Origin: Planctomycetota bacterium
Lineage (GTDB): Bacteria > Planctomycetota > UBA8108 > SXIK01
Length of the DNA stretch: 64,000 nucleotides
Direction of reading: 5' to 3'
Assembly: GCA_965223845.1 (NCBI GenBank)
Contig: CBDCXR010000004.1
Coordinates: forward strand, 5,600,001 to 5,664,000
How positions within the stretch are numbered: the first letter of the stretch is position 1; each line of letters opens with the position of its first letter. Positions 30,766 to 41,200 of this stretch are shown piece after piece. A model generated the notes under the pieces. It was given only the letters and a program-made list of their open reading frames with translations. It was not told the origin of the DNA and searched no databases. Both the position numbers and the translations under genes were made by a program.

Positions 30766-32466
30766 ATGCTCGGTCGTCCGACGAATCCCCTAGTTCGCGC
30801 CGCGCGCGTTTGGATCGCGGTCTGCGCCGGCGCGATCATCCCCTACTACTTCATCGACATTCAGGCGCCGGACTCCGCGCTCGTCATGTCCGCGTCGACG
30901 GAAGTCCGGCCGACCGTGGCCGCGATTCAGTTCTTCGGCGCGCTGTTCGCCTGCGCGAGCGCTTTCGTCATTCTCATGACGTACCGCGCCAGTCGAAACG
31001 GAGCGTTCCTGCTGCTCGGTCTCGGATTCTTCATCGCGGCGTCGGAGAATCTCGTGAACGGCTTCGTCGCCGGCATCGGAGATGATTCGCTCTTTTCGCG
31101 CTTCGTTCCCGACCTCGAGGTGCTCGCGCGATTTCTTCTCGCCTGCGTCGCGTTCGTGGGATTTCTCTCGACTCGGCCGCTCGGCGCCGACCGTCGCACA
31201 CCAGGTTGGTTCACGCGCACGGCCGCCGGCCCCGGGCTCGTCCTCGGCGGCTTTCTCCTCTTCGAGCTTGCCGGTGCGTTCAGCTCTCTTCCGCGACCCG
31301 CCGACCTCGCGTTCGCCGCCCTCTTTCTCGCCGCGGTGCCCTCGGCCGTGCGCCAGTACCGGAGGATTCCGGGTCCGTTCTCGTCTTCGCTCGTCCTCTG
31401 CCTCCTCCTCTTCGCGTGCAGCGAGATCTACCTCTGCACCTCGGCTCGATTGTTCGACTCCTCGTTCGTCGCCTCCCACGTCGTTCGACTCGGGTGCTAC
31501 CTCGTACCGCTCTTCGGCGCGGCATGGGGACTCGTGGATCAGCACGGCGAGCTCGAGCGCCACCGCCGCAAGCTCGAGCAACAGACGGCGCTTCTCTGGC
31601 AGCAATCCGAAGGACTGAGCAACGCGAACAAGAAGCTGCGCCAGCAGGCAGCCGAGCTCGAAACCGCCAACAATCTGAAGAGCCGGTCCCTCGCGAACAT
31701 GAGTCACGAGCTGCGCACGCCCCTGAATGCGATCCTCGGATTCTCCGACTCCCTCATCGCTTGTCGCGACACGGACCCACTCACTCCGTGGCAACAGGAT
31801 CGCGTCGGGAAGATCGGGGCGAGCGGGGAGCACCTCCTCAATCTGATCGACGACATTCTCGATCTCGCCAAGATCGAAGCGGGACGCGCGAGCGTGCACC
31901 CGAGCACGTTTCAGCCCGACGTTCTCGTCGAGGAAGTTGCATCGTCGCTCGCACCGCTCTTCGAGAAGAAACCCGAGGTCGAGCTTCGAATCGAATTCGA
32001 CCCGGGACTCCCGAGCGTCTGGCTCGATCGCGAGAAGACGAAGCGCATTCTGATCAATCTTCTGAGCAACGCCTGCAAGTTCACCGACCGCGGGAGCGTC
32101 ACCGTCACGGTTTCCGCTTCCGGCGAGCGCATCCGATTCGTCGTCGAAGACACGGGAATCGGTATCGCCGAGGACCACCTCGAGGTGATCTTCGATCACT
32201 TTCGCCAAGTCGACAGCGGCGAAAACCGGATGGCGAAGGGTACGGGGCTCGGCTTGGCTCTCGTCAAAGAACTGACGGAGTTGATGCGCGGCGCGGTCAC
32301 CGTCGAGAGCGATCTCGGCCGCGGAACGAGGTTCTCGATCGACCTTCCCGTCGCGCTCCCGAATCCGCCGGACGGGCTGCGAAATCAAATCGAACAAGGC
32401 GCGAGCGGCCACCCGTGCGCCGGGGACATCCCGGCAAGCGCTGATCAAACCGTCGTGCGGTCCTGA
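30766..32466 (+). CDS. Integral-membrane sensor histidine kinase
   Basis: Multiple TM helices, then ANMSHELRTPLN, NACKFT, GTGLGL. Start approximate. Confidence 0.9.
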   Translation: MLGRPTNPLVRAARVWIAVCAGAIIPYYFIDIQAPDSALVMSASTEVRPTVAAIQFFGALFACASAFVILMTYRASRNGAFLLLGLGFFIAASENLVNGFVAGIGDDSLFSRFVPDLEVLARFLLACVAFVGFLSTRPLGADRRTPGWFTRTAAGPGLVLGGFLLFELAGAFSSLPRPADLAFAALFLAAVPSAVRQYRRIPGPFSSSLVLCLLLFACSEIYLCTSARLFDSSFVASHVVRLGCYLVPLFGAAWGLVDQHGELERHRRKLEQQTALLWQQSEGLSNANKKLRQQAAELETANNLKSRSLANMSHELRTPLNAILGFSDSLIACRDTDPLTPWQQDRVGKIGASGEHLLNLIDDILDLAKIEAGRASVHPSTFQPDVLVEEVASSLAPLFEKKPEVELRIEFDPGLPSVWLDREKTKRILINLLSNACKFTDRGSVTVTVSASGERIRFVVEDTGIGIAEDHLEVIFDHFRQVDSGENRMAKGTGLGLALVKELTELMRGAVTVESDLGRGTRFSIDLPVALPNPPDGLRNQIEQGASGHPCAGDIPASADQTVVRS

Positions 32467-32506
32467 ATTCTCCCCGCGATAACAACGTCTCCTACCCGGC
32501 AGCACC

Positions 32507-33628
32507 ATGACGCAGCGAATCCTCATCGTCGACGACGAACCCCTCAACGTCGAGGTGTTCAAGGACGCCTTTCGAGGTACTCCGTACGAGATTCGAAGCG
32601 CAGGGTCCGCAGAGGAAACGCGGGAGGCTCTCGAAGAATGGCTCCCCGATCTCATCGTGCTCGACATCATGATGCCCGGTACGGACGGCATCGAGCTGTG
32701 CCGGGAGCTGAAGGGCGACCAGAGGTACACCCCGATACCGGTGATGATGCTCACGGCCCGAACGGGAAGCGGCGACATCGTTCGCGGCATCGAGGCCGGG
32801 GCGGAAGACTACGTTACGAAACCGTTCGTGCGCCAAGTGCTACGCGCGCGCGTGCGGGCGATTCTCCGCGCCCAGGCGAGTCTCGCCGCTCTGAGGAAAA
32901 GCGAACGCGAGATGGCCGCGTTCGTCGCGACCGTGGCGCACGATCTCAAGTCGCCGCTCGCGGCGCAGATCGGACTGATCGACGCGCTCGCGTTCGACCC
33001 GACCGCGCCGGAGAGCGAAGAGCTGATCCGTCGCATCGCGGCGAACGCTCGCTACTCGCTCGAGTTCGTCAAGGACCTTCTCGAGCTCATGCGAGCTCAG
33101 ACCGCGCTAGCGCCCGTCCGCCGCGTCGAGACCGGCGAGCTCATCGAACGTGCGCTCTCGCGTATGGCGGCGGAGATCTCGCGCAGCAACGCCGTCGTCT
33201 CTTTTCGGAAGGACGATTTTCCGGAAATCCGCTGCGATCCGGATCGGCTGACGCAGGTATTTACCAACCTCATCGGGAACGCGCTCAAGTACGTGGCGCC
33301 TGGCGTCCATCCCATCGTAGAACTGGGATGCGTACCTTCTTCGAAAACTGTGACGTTCAGCGTTTCCGATAATGGAATCGGCATCGACCCAGACAACCAC
33401 CAACGAGTGTTCGATGCGTTCGTGCGGCTGCACGAGCGATCGAGCTACAGCGGCACCGGCATCGGTCTCGACATCGTCAAACGCATCGTCGAGGCTCACG
33501 AAGGTCGCGTGTGGGTCGAGAGCGAACCGGGGCGGGGCTCTACGTTCTTCGTCTCGCTCCCTCGCGAAGAGATCCTTTCTGCGAGCGCGGACGACGACGC
33601 CTCGCTCGCCGCTGCTCAGCGCCCGTAG
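32507..33628 (+). CDS. Receiver-histidine kinase hybrid (REC-HisKA-HATPase)
   Basis: IVDDE..LDIMMP..KPF receiver; AHDLKSPL; GNALKY; GTGIGL. Confidence 0.93.
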   Translation: MTQRILIVDDEPLNVEVFKDAFRGTPYEIRSAGSAEETREALEEWLPDLIVLDIMMPGTDGIELCRELKGDQRYTPIPVMMLTARTGSGDIVRGIEAGAEDYVTKPFVRQVLRARVRAILRAQASLAALRKSEREMAAFVATVAHDLKSPLAAQIGLIDALAFDPTAPESEELIRRIAANARYSLEFVKDLLELMRAQTALAPVRRVETGELIERALSRMAAEISRSNAVVSFRKDDFPEIRCDPDRLTQVFTNLIGNALKYVAPGVHPIVELGCVPSSKTVTFSVSDNGIGIDPDNHQRVFDAFVRLHERSSYSGTGIGLDIVKRIVEAHEGRVWVESEPGRGSTFFVSLPREEILSASADDDASLAAAQRP

Positions 33629-33700
33629 TCCCGAACGGAGCGACTCGCAGCAGATGGTCCATCGCATCCCCCATCCGCGGCGGGAGCGCATCGATCCGTC

Positions 33701-35665
33701 ATGACGCGCGAGAGCCAGGTCCCACTTCTGCTCATCGTCGATGACGACCAGGACATGACCTACGCCCTGTGCATGCTTCTCGAGCGGACGGGGTATCGCA
33801 CGGTCACCGCGGGAGACGTGTTCGCTGCGAATCAACTCGCGCAGGAGCAATCCCCGGATGCGATCGTGCTCGACCTCATGATGCCGGCGGGTGGCGGTCG
33901 GCGTCTCATCGAGTGGCTCCGCAGCAATCCGCGCACGCAGCACATCCCCGTCGTGATCTACTCGAGCGACGACGACGCCTCGACGAAGAACGAGCTCATG
34001 GTGCTCGGCGCTCGCGCCTACGTGAGCAAGTCCGCTCCCCCCGAGACGCTTCTCACTCAGCTCTCCGCGGCGATCGGCTTCGGCCCTCCGCCTCCGACCT
34101 CCGCGCGCGCAAGTGCGGCACCGAGCGCTCGACCGGCTCCCTTCGACGGAACCGCGGGAGGCGCCGCGGGCGGTCCAGCCGCTCAGTTCGCCACTCCGAG
34201 AGAGACGACAGCTCCGGGGTTCGCGTCGCCACCGCCGAATCCGGGCGCGGGCGGCACCCACGTCCCTCCGGGCGGCGTGCCCTACCCGCTCGGGAGCCCC
34301 GCAGCCGCCAACGCCCCGCAGCCGGCGACCGGACGATCACCGGCGGCGAGCCGCGACGCTTCGTTCCGCGGACCGGCGGGTTTTCCCGGAACTCCGCCGG
34401 AACCCGCTGCCGCCCGACCGCCGCCCTCGCACGCGTCATCCGGAGAGGCTCTGGATTCGATCTTCGGTGGTCCTCCGGCAGCGTCGCAGCCGCCGGCGGG
34501 TCACGACAAGTTCGGCACCTCCGGCGAACCGCCCCCTCCTTCGCGGCCTCCCGCCGGTGAGGCGCCGCCGCTCTTTCCCGATCTCGCGCCGGCGAATCCG
34601 GCGACGTCGGCACCGATGCCGCCGCCGTCGCACGCTCACCATCACCCGTCGGCGCCGCCACCGGGAGGAATGAGAGAGAGCGGCGCCGGCGGAGGCGACG
34701 TAGGAAGTCCCACGATCGAACGGTTTCCACGCCGGTCGTCCGGTTCCGGAACGCTCAGCTTCCGTTCGCACGCTTCGGCCGACGATGCCGCGCCCGGCGC
34801 CGACGCGAACCAGCACGGCGACATGCCCCACGGGACCGGAGCGCAACCCGCGCCGCCGTCCTACCCGCCGCCGAACCCGCCCGCTCCCCCGGCGCCTCAA
34901 GCCCCCGCCCGACCGGCGGGCTTCACGACTGGACACGAGGCGCCTCCCGACCCGAACGCCTGGTCGCACCCGGCGGCCTCACCACCGCCGCGCCAATCGA
35001 CGGGCGGACACGCCCCGCCGGGCGCCGTGCCGTTTCCGATCGTCGGACCTTCGGAGCCCGCACCCATGCCGGCGCCGCAGCCACCTCCGGCCGCGCCCGC
35101 TTACGATCCATTCGGTGGCGCAGGCGGGTACGCAGTAGGCGCAGGCGCCCCGCAACCGCCCCAAGCTCCGGCTCCACCGCGCGCGCCGGCCCCCGCGCCG
35201 CCGCCGACGATTCCCCCCGCCGATACCGAACCGCCGCGACTCCTCATCGTCGACGACTCTCCCGACGAGCGCTTCGCTCTCGCGACACGACTCGAACGAA
35301 AGGGCTTCGTCGTCCTGCAAGCGAGCGACGGCAGTCAGGCGCTCGAGATCGCCCGCCAACACCGGCCGGACTACGTGATCTCCGACGTCCACATGCCCGG
35401 AGCATCCGGCACGTATCTCTGCAGCGAAATCTCCGCCGATCCGCAGTTGTCGTCGGTCCCGGTGTTCCTGATGTCCGGGCTTCCGCAAGAGCTCACCAAG
35501 GCGAAGCTCGAACGGATCGGTGCGGCGGGGTTCTTCGAGAAGCCGATCGAAGTCGACCTACTGCTCGCTCTCCTTCGCAACGTGAAGAAGAAACAAGCGA
35601 AGCCGAAGGAGAACTTCGGCTCCTTCACGGCCGAAGCGCTCGAGCGGCTCGACGAGCTCTTCTGA
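33701..35665 (+). CDS. Double receiver-domain protein with a long Pro/Ala/Gly-rich linker
   Basis: N-terminal REC (IVDDD, LDLMMP) and C-terminal REC (IVDDS, SDVHMP, EKP) separated by a low-complexity region. Confidence 0.88.
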   Translation: MTRESQVPLLLIVDDDQDMTYALCMLLERTGYRTVTAGDVFAANQLAQEQSPDAIVLDLMMPAGGGRRLIEWLRSNPRTQHIPVVIYSSDDDASTKNELMVLGARAYVSKSAPPETLLTQLSAAIGFGPPPPTSARASAAPSARPAPFDGTAGGAAGGPAAQFATPRETTAPGFASPPPNPGAGGTHVPPGGVPYPLGSPAAANAPQPATGRSPAASRDASFRGPAGFPGTPPEPAAARPPPSHASSGEALDSIFGGPPAASQPPAGHDKFGTSGEPPPPSRPPAGEAPPLFPDLAPANPATSAPMPPPSHAHHHPSAPPPGGMRESGAGGGDVGSPTIERFPRRSSGSGTLSFRSHASADDAAPGADANQHGDMPHGTGAQPAPPSYPPPNPPAPPAPQAPARPAGFTTGHEAPPDPNAWSHPAASPPPRQSTGGHAPPGAVPFPIVGPSEPAPMPAPQPPPAAPAYDPFGGAGGYAVGAGAPQPPQAPAPPRAPAPAPPPTIPPADTEPPRLLIVDDSPDERFALATRLERKGFVVLQASDGSQALEIARQHRPDYVISDVHMPGASGTYLCSEISADPQLSSVPVFLMSGLPQELTKAKLERIGAAGFFEKPIEVDLLLALLRNVKKKQAKPKENFGSFTAEALERLDELF

Positions 35666-35710
35666 GTCGAGTCCGCCCGCCCGCGGGGAGCTCGATCGCC
35701 GCAAGGGGCA

Positions 35711-36115
35711 TCACCGCCCGGAAGGAGCGTCCGCCCGTGTGTCGCCGGGATCGTTCTCGCCGTCCGGTTCGACGTCTTCGCGCTCGGCGCCCTCTCGCGC
35801 GGCGACTTCGTCCGGAGTGAGCTCGTCGCCCGCGGCGGCGTCTTCGATCCCCGCTCCGCCCGAAGTCTCGTCGGCCGCGGCGGTCGAGGACGACGGCTCA
35901 CCCGCGGCGGGATCCTTCTCGCGCTCGGCGGCGTCCACTCCCGCCTCTTCGCGCCCGGTCTCGAACTCGCGAACGAGATCGCCGAGGGCCGCGCGCGCCT
36001 TCGACGCGATCGCGCCGGCCTTCTCATCGAGGCCCTTCTCTTTCGCCTTCTGCTTCAGCCGGCCGGTCGTTTTGCCGAGCTCTCGCGCGAGCCGTTCGAA
36101 GAACGATTTGGCCAT
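35711..36115 (-). CDS. Hypothetical protein (amphipathic helix plus acidic tail)
   Basis: ORF MAKSFFERLARELGK... with typical codon usage. Confidence 0.6.
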   Translation of the reverse strand: MAKSFFERLARELGKTTGRLKQKAKEKGLDEKAGAIASKARAALGDLVREFETGREEAGVDAAEREKDPAAGEPSSSTAAADETSGGAGIEDAAAGDELTPDEVAAREGAEREDVEPDGENDPGDTRADAPSGR

Positions 36116-36342
36116 CGGATCGGGTCTCCGTCCGTCCTGCTTCGATTGTAACGCCGAGCCGCGCGTTTCGAGACTCGTATCGAGCCGAGCCGCGGGTTGA
36201 CCTCGGTGCGACGCGCGGTTCTGATCTGTAGCCCGCCTAGACTCCGGCGGCGCCACCCACTCGTCCGGCAAAACCCGATGCCGCTCGGCGCGAAGTTTCT
36301 TTGTCGCGCGCCGTTCGAGCGACAATGACGCGAGGACACTCC

Positions 36343-38085
36343 ATGGCGGCAGAGTCATCCCGAAAAATCGAGGCGGATCGGAAGCTCCTCGAAGAGGCGC
36401 GAACGAAGGGCGGGCTCGCCACGATGTTCGCGTACGTGAAGCTCTCCGGTCCCGGTTGGCTTCAAAGCGCGCTCACGCTCGGCGGCGGATCGCTCGCATC
36501 GAGCCTCTACCTCGGCGTCCTTTCCGGATTCGCGCTCCTCTGGCTGCAGCCGATCGCGATGGTGCTCGGCATCATCATGCTGAGCGCGATCGGGTACGTG
36601 ACGATGTCGACGGGCGAGCGGCCGTTCGCAGCGATCAACCGTCACGTGAATCCGGTGCTCGGGTGGAGCTGGGTCCTCGCGTCGCTCCTCGCGAACATCG
36701 TGTGGTGCTTGCCGCAGTACTCACTCGCGAACGGCGTGCTCCAGCAGACTCTGCTCCCGGGGGTCTTCGGTGCCGACGGACCGCTCGGCGATACCGGGAG
36801 CAAGCTCGTGATCTCGATCGCGATCCTTCTCTTCACGACGACGGTGACGTGGAGCTACGACCGCGGTGGGCTCGGCGTGCGTCTCTACGAGCTCGTGCTC
36901 AAGATCATGGTTGCGGTCATCGTCCTTTGCTTCTTCGGCGTCGTGTTCAGCCTTTCGACGTCGAGCGAGGGTCTCGCCTGGGGCGACATCCTCGGTGGTT
37001 TCATTCCCGACCTCAGCCGAATCACGAGCCCCGCAGCTTCGTTCGAGCCGCTCCTCGCCGCGACGGGTGACGGCCGGGAGTACTGGTCGAATCTCATCGT
37101 CGACAAACAGCGCGACGTCTTGGTCGCCGCCGCAGCGACCGCAGTCGGAATCAACATGACGTACCTCTTTCCCTACAGTCTCCTCAAGCGCGGCTGGGGA
37201 AAGGAGTTTCGCGGCTTCTCGAAGTTCGATCTCGGGACGGGGATGCTGATCCCGTTCGTGCTCGCGACGAGCTGCGTCGTCATCGCTTCCTCGACTCAGT
37301 TTCACGCAGCGCCGCAGCCCGGACTCGCGACGCCGGTCGCCGCGGGTGAGGCCGCGCCGTCGAAGAAGCAGCTTTCTCAGTACATCGGTCTTCTCAATGC
37401 GCGTTTGGAAGCGAAGGAAGAAACGAAGGTCGCGACGAAGGACGGGGAGACCGATCGCGATCTCGCGATCGTGGCGAGCGAGCTCGCCGAGCGAGTGCCC
37501 GAGCCGGACCGCGTCCTCGCGGCGACGCTCGTCGAGCGCGACGCTCGCGACCTCTCACGCGCGCTCGAGCCGCTGCTCGGGAAGTTCTTCGGCGATGTCG
37601 TATTCGGGATCGGCGTCCTCGGCATGGCGCTCTCGACGATCACCCTTCTCATGTTGATCTCGGGGATGATCGTCTGCGAGCTCTGCGGTCTCCCGCCGAC
37701 CGGGAAGCCGTTTCGCCTCGGTACGCTCGTGGCGGCGGCAGGCGTGCTCGGCCCCTTCCTCTGGAGCAAAGCGGCCTTCTACCTCGCCGTGCCGACGTCG
37801 GTATTCGGCTTGATGCTCCTCCCTCTCGCGTACTTGACGTTCTTCTTCCTCATGAATCAGAAGAAGCTTCTCGGCGACGAATGTCCGACCGGGGGACGTC
37901 GCGTCGTTTGGAACGTGCTCATGGGGATCGCTGCCGGGGTGGCGACGTTCGCGAGTGTGTCCATGGTGTGGATCAAGGCCGGGTGGTGGGGAATCGGGGC
38001 GATCGGGGTGATCGTGCTGGCGGCTTTGGTGGTGCATTTTCAGCGCCGGGGGCGCAGGGACGATCTCGAGCACATAGACTCCTAG
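36343..38085 (+). CDS. NRAMP/MntH-related divalent cation transporter
   Basis: GPGWLQSALTLGGGS, many TM helices, AVGINMTYLFPYS. Confidence 0.8.
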   Translation: MAAESSRKIEADRKLLEEARTKGGLATMFAYVKLSGPGWLQSALTLGGGSLASSLYLGVLSGFALLWLQPIAMVLGIIMLSAIGYVTMSTGERPFAAINRHVNPVLGWSWVLASLLANIVWCLPQYSLANGVLQQTLLPGVFGADGPLGDTGSKLVISIAILLFTTTVTWSYDRGGLGVRLYELVLKIMVAVIVLCFFGVVFSLSTSSEGLAWGDILGGFIPDLSRITSPAASFEPLLAATGDGREYWSNLIVDKQRDVLVAAAATAVGINMTYLFPYSLLKRGWGKEFRGFSKFDLGTGMLIPFVLATSCVVIASSTQFHAAPQPGLATPVAAGEAAPSKKQLSQYIGLLNARLEAKEETKVATKDGETDRDLAIVASELAERVPEPDRVLAATLVERDARDLSRALEPLLGKFFGDVVFGIGVLGMALSTITLLMLISGMIVCELCGLPPTGKPFRLGTLVAAAGVLGPFLWSKAAFYLAVPTSVFGLMLLPLAYLTFFFLMNQKKLLGDECPTGGRRVVWNVLMGIAAGVATFASVSMVWIKAGWWGIGAIGVIVLAALVVHFQRRGRRDDLEHIDS

Positions 38086-38096
38086 TCGGAGGATTT

Positions 38097-38270
38097 AACA
38101 CGAAGGGCACGAAGGACACGAAGGAAGACGAAGAGGGAGAGAGAGAGAGAGAGAGGGGGAATAGGAGTAAGAGTAAGAGTTAAGAGTAAGAGGGAGAGGG
38201 AGAGTAAGAAGTAGGAATGGGAAGTGAGGGGGAAGAGGGAAGAAGGAGGGGGTGAGTTGAGAGGGAATGG
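38097..38270 (+). repeat. CACGAAG repeat copy followed by a polypurine low-complexity tract
   Basis: AACACGAAGGGCACGAAGGACACGAAGGAAGACGAAG, then (GA)n, GAGTAA repeats and G-runs. Confidence 0.8.
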
Positions 38271-38286
38271 TGGATGTTGCGAGTGA

Positions 38287-41200
38287 TTGTTCGTGAGGGT
38301 CGACCGGAACGTGCCGGCGGATGAGTCGCCTTTGGTTTGGCGGTTTTCTGTCGATACGGGCGGCACGTTTACTGACTGTGTGGCTGTCGACCCCGATGGG
38401 GTGGTTCAGCGTGTCAAGGTGTTGTCCTCTGGTGCGCTGCGCGGGGCGGTCGTTCGGGTCGCGAGTTCCCGCCGGATTGTCGTTGCGGCGGAGTGGCTGT
38501 CGGGGGCGAACGCCGAGCGGGCGAGTCGAGCCGTTGTCGGGTGTGAGTTTCGCCCTCTCGGCGTCGAGCGGGACGCTCCCGGTGCGGTCGTTGTCGCGCT
38601 CACTCCGGAGTCGAAGCAGCTAGAGCTCGATCGTGCTCCTTCGTTCGAGCTGAACGCGGGCGATCGCTTCGAGCTGCGTTCGTTCGAAGAAGCTCCTCTT
38701 CTCGCCGCTCGTCTCCTCACGGGGACGGCACCGGGGAACCCGCTTCCGCCGGCGGTGGTTCGTCTCGCGACGACGCGCGGTACGAACGCGCTCCTCGAAC
38801 GACGCGGCGCGGCGACGGCGCTCTTCATCTCTCGCGGATTCGGCGATCTCCTCGTCATCGGCGACCAGACTCGGCCCGACCTCTTCGCGCTCGATGTCCG
38901 TCGTCCGGCGCCGCTTTACGATTCCGTCGTCGAAGTTTCCGGCCGGCTCGACGCCGACGGATCCGAGCTCGAAGCGCTCGATATCGAGCCTCTAGGTGAG
39001 CGAATCGACCAGCTTGTCGCCCGCGGAGTTCGCTCCGCTGCGATCGCTCTCCTCCACAGCTATCGCGACTCGAGTCACGAGGAAGCTCTCGCGGAGTTCC
39101 TCCTCGCGCGCGGGTTCGAGCACGTCTCCCGCTCGTCGGCGATCGCCCCATCCATTCGCATCCTTCCTCGCGCGGAGACGGCGACGGTGAACGCCTATCT
39201 CGCGCCGATCATCGCCGAGTACGTCGACGCCGTACGCACTCCGATCGCGACCGGAACTCTCCATGTGATGACGAGCGCCGGCGGTCTCGTCGAGGCGGGG
39301 GAGTACCTCCCGAAGGACAGTCTTCTCAGCGGACCCGCCGGAGGAGTAGCGGGGGCGGCGAGTGTCGCCCGCGCCTGCGGCCGCGAGCGTTCGATCTCGT
39401 TCGACATGGGCGGAACGAGTACGGACGTTGCGCGCTACGACGGCGACTACGAGTACGCATTCGAGCACCGAGTCGGCTCGGCTCGGCTGGTTGCGCCAGC
39501 TCTCGCGATCGAAACCGTCGCGGCGGGAGGCGGATCGATCTGCTCCTTCGACGGCCACCGACTCCTCGTCGGTCCCGAGAGCGCGGGAGCGTTTCCCGGT
39601 CCCGCGTGCTACGGAGCAGGCGGCCCGCTCACGATCACCGACGTTCACCTCCTCGCCGGACGGCTCGCGCCCGATCGCTTCGGGATCCCGATCGACAGCG
39701 AAGCTTCTCGGCGCGCGCTCGCCGAACTCGTCGCGTCGCTGCGCGCGGCCGGCGACGACGCTTCGGAGGACGATCTTCTCGCCGGGCTCCTCGCAATTGC
39801 GGATGAACGCATGGCTGACGCGATTCGAAGCGTCTCCGTACAACGCGGGTACTCTCCTGCGGAGTACGCGCTCGTGGCCTTCGGTGGCGCGGGCGGACTC
39901 CACGCCTGCTCACTCGCCGAGCGCCTCGAGATCACGGAGGTGCTCGTTCCCGCGGAAGCGGGCTTACTGAGCGCGCGCGGCATCGCCGACGCGGCCGTCG
40001 AGCGCTTCGCTTCCGAGCAGGTTCTTCGCCCGCTCGCGGAGATCGATGCCGATCTCGACGATCTCTTCGCGAAGGTCGAGGAACGGGCGCTCGCCGCACT
40101 CGCAACCGAGAACATCGCGAGGGAAAGCGGACGCATTCGTCGTCGCATCGCGCTCCTTCGGTTCTCCGGTCAGGACACCGTCACGGAGATCGAGTACCGC
40201 CGCGGGATGGAGATCGCCACCGAGTTCATCGCGGCGTACAAGAGGATCTACGGCCATCTTCCCGGTGCGCTCGCGATCGAAGTCGAGTCGATTCGCGTTG
40301 TCGCGTCGACGAGCGAGGAGGACGTCGACGCTCCGGCCGATCCCGCGTCGCCCTCCGCCTACACTCCCGTCGCGGCGCCGGCGGAGGCGGCAAAGCTCGA
40401 CCGGAACGAAGCGGAGATGCTCGTCGGAGCCAAACGTAAACGAGTGCCCGTTCTAGCTCGCGACTCACTCGCACGAGGTGACGTCGTCAACGGTCCGGCG
40501 ATCGTCGCCGACCGCTACAGCACCGCGGTCGTCGAAGACGGTTGGCGCGGCACGGTCCTCCCCGACGACACACTCCGCCTCGACCGCATCCCGGTCGCGC
40601 GTACCGAGAGCGCACCTCGCTCCGGCCCCGCGCGAGGTTCGCGTTCGTCCGCGGTCGAGCTCGAGCTCTTCACGAACCGCTTTCGCGCGATCGCGGGCGA
40701 GATGGGCGACCTCCTCCAGCGGACCGCGCTCTCGACCAACATCAAGGAGCGTCTCGACTTCTCGTGCGCGCTCCTCGATCCGTCGGGGGAGCTCGTCGTC
40801 AATGCGCCGCACATCCCGGTCCACCTCGGCGCACTCGGTCTCTGCACTCGGCGGGTGGCGTCCTCGCTCCCGCTCGCACCGGGCGACGTCGCGCTGACGA
40901 ACCACCCGCGCGCAGGCGGATCGCATCTTCCCGACGTCACGGTGATCACGCCGGTCCACTCGACAGACTCCGAGCGGCTCCTCGGCTACGTTGCGAGCCG
41001 CGCCCATCACGCCGAGATCGGCGGCGTGCGCCCGGGCTCGATGCCGCCGTCGGCGCAGAAACTGATCGATGAGGGAGTGGTGCTTCCCCCGGCGCTCGTC
41101 GTTGCGGGCGGGCAGCCCCGATGGCGCGAGATCGAGGCGAAGCTCGCGAGCGCGCCGCACCCGAGTCGAGCCGTAGCCGACAACCTCGCCGATCTCCGCG

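Noticed and set aside
38097-38270. CRISPR array
   Set aside because: Short 6-9-bp periodic units without unique spacers, and no cas genes.
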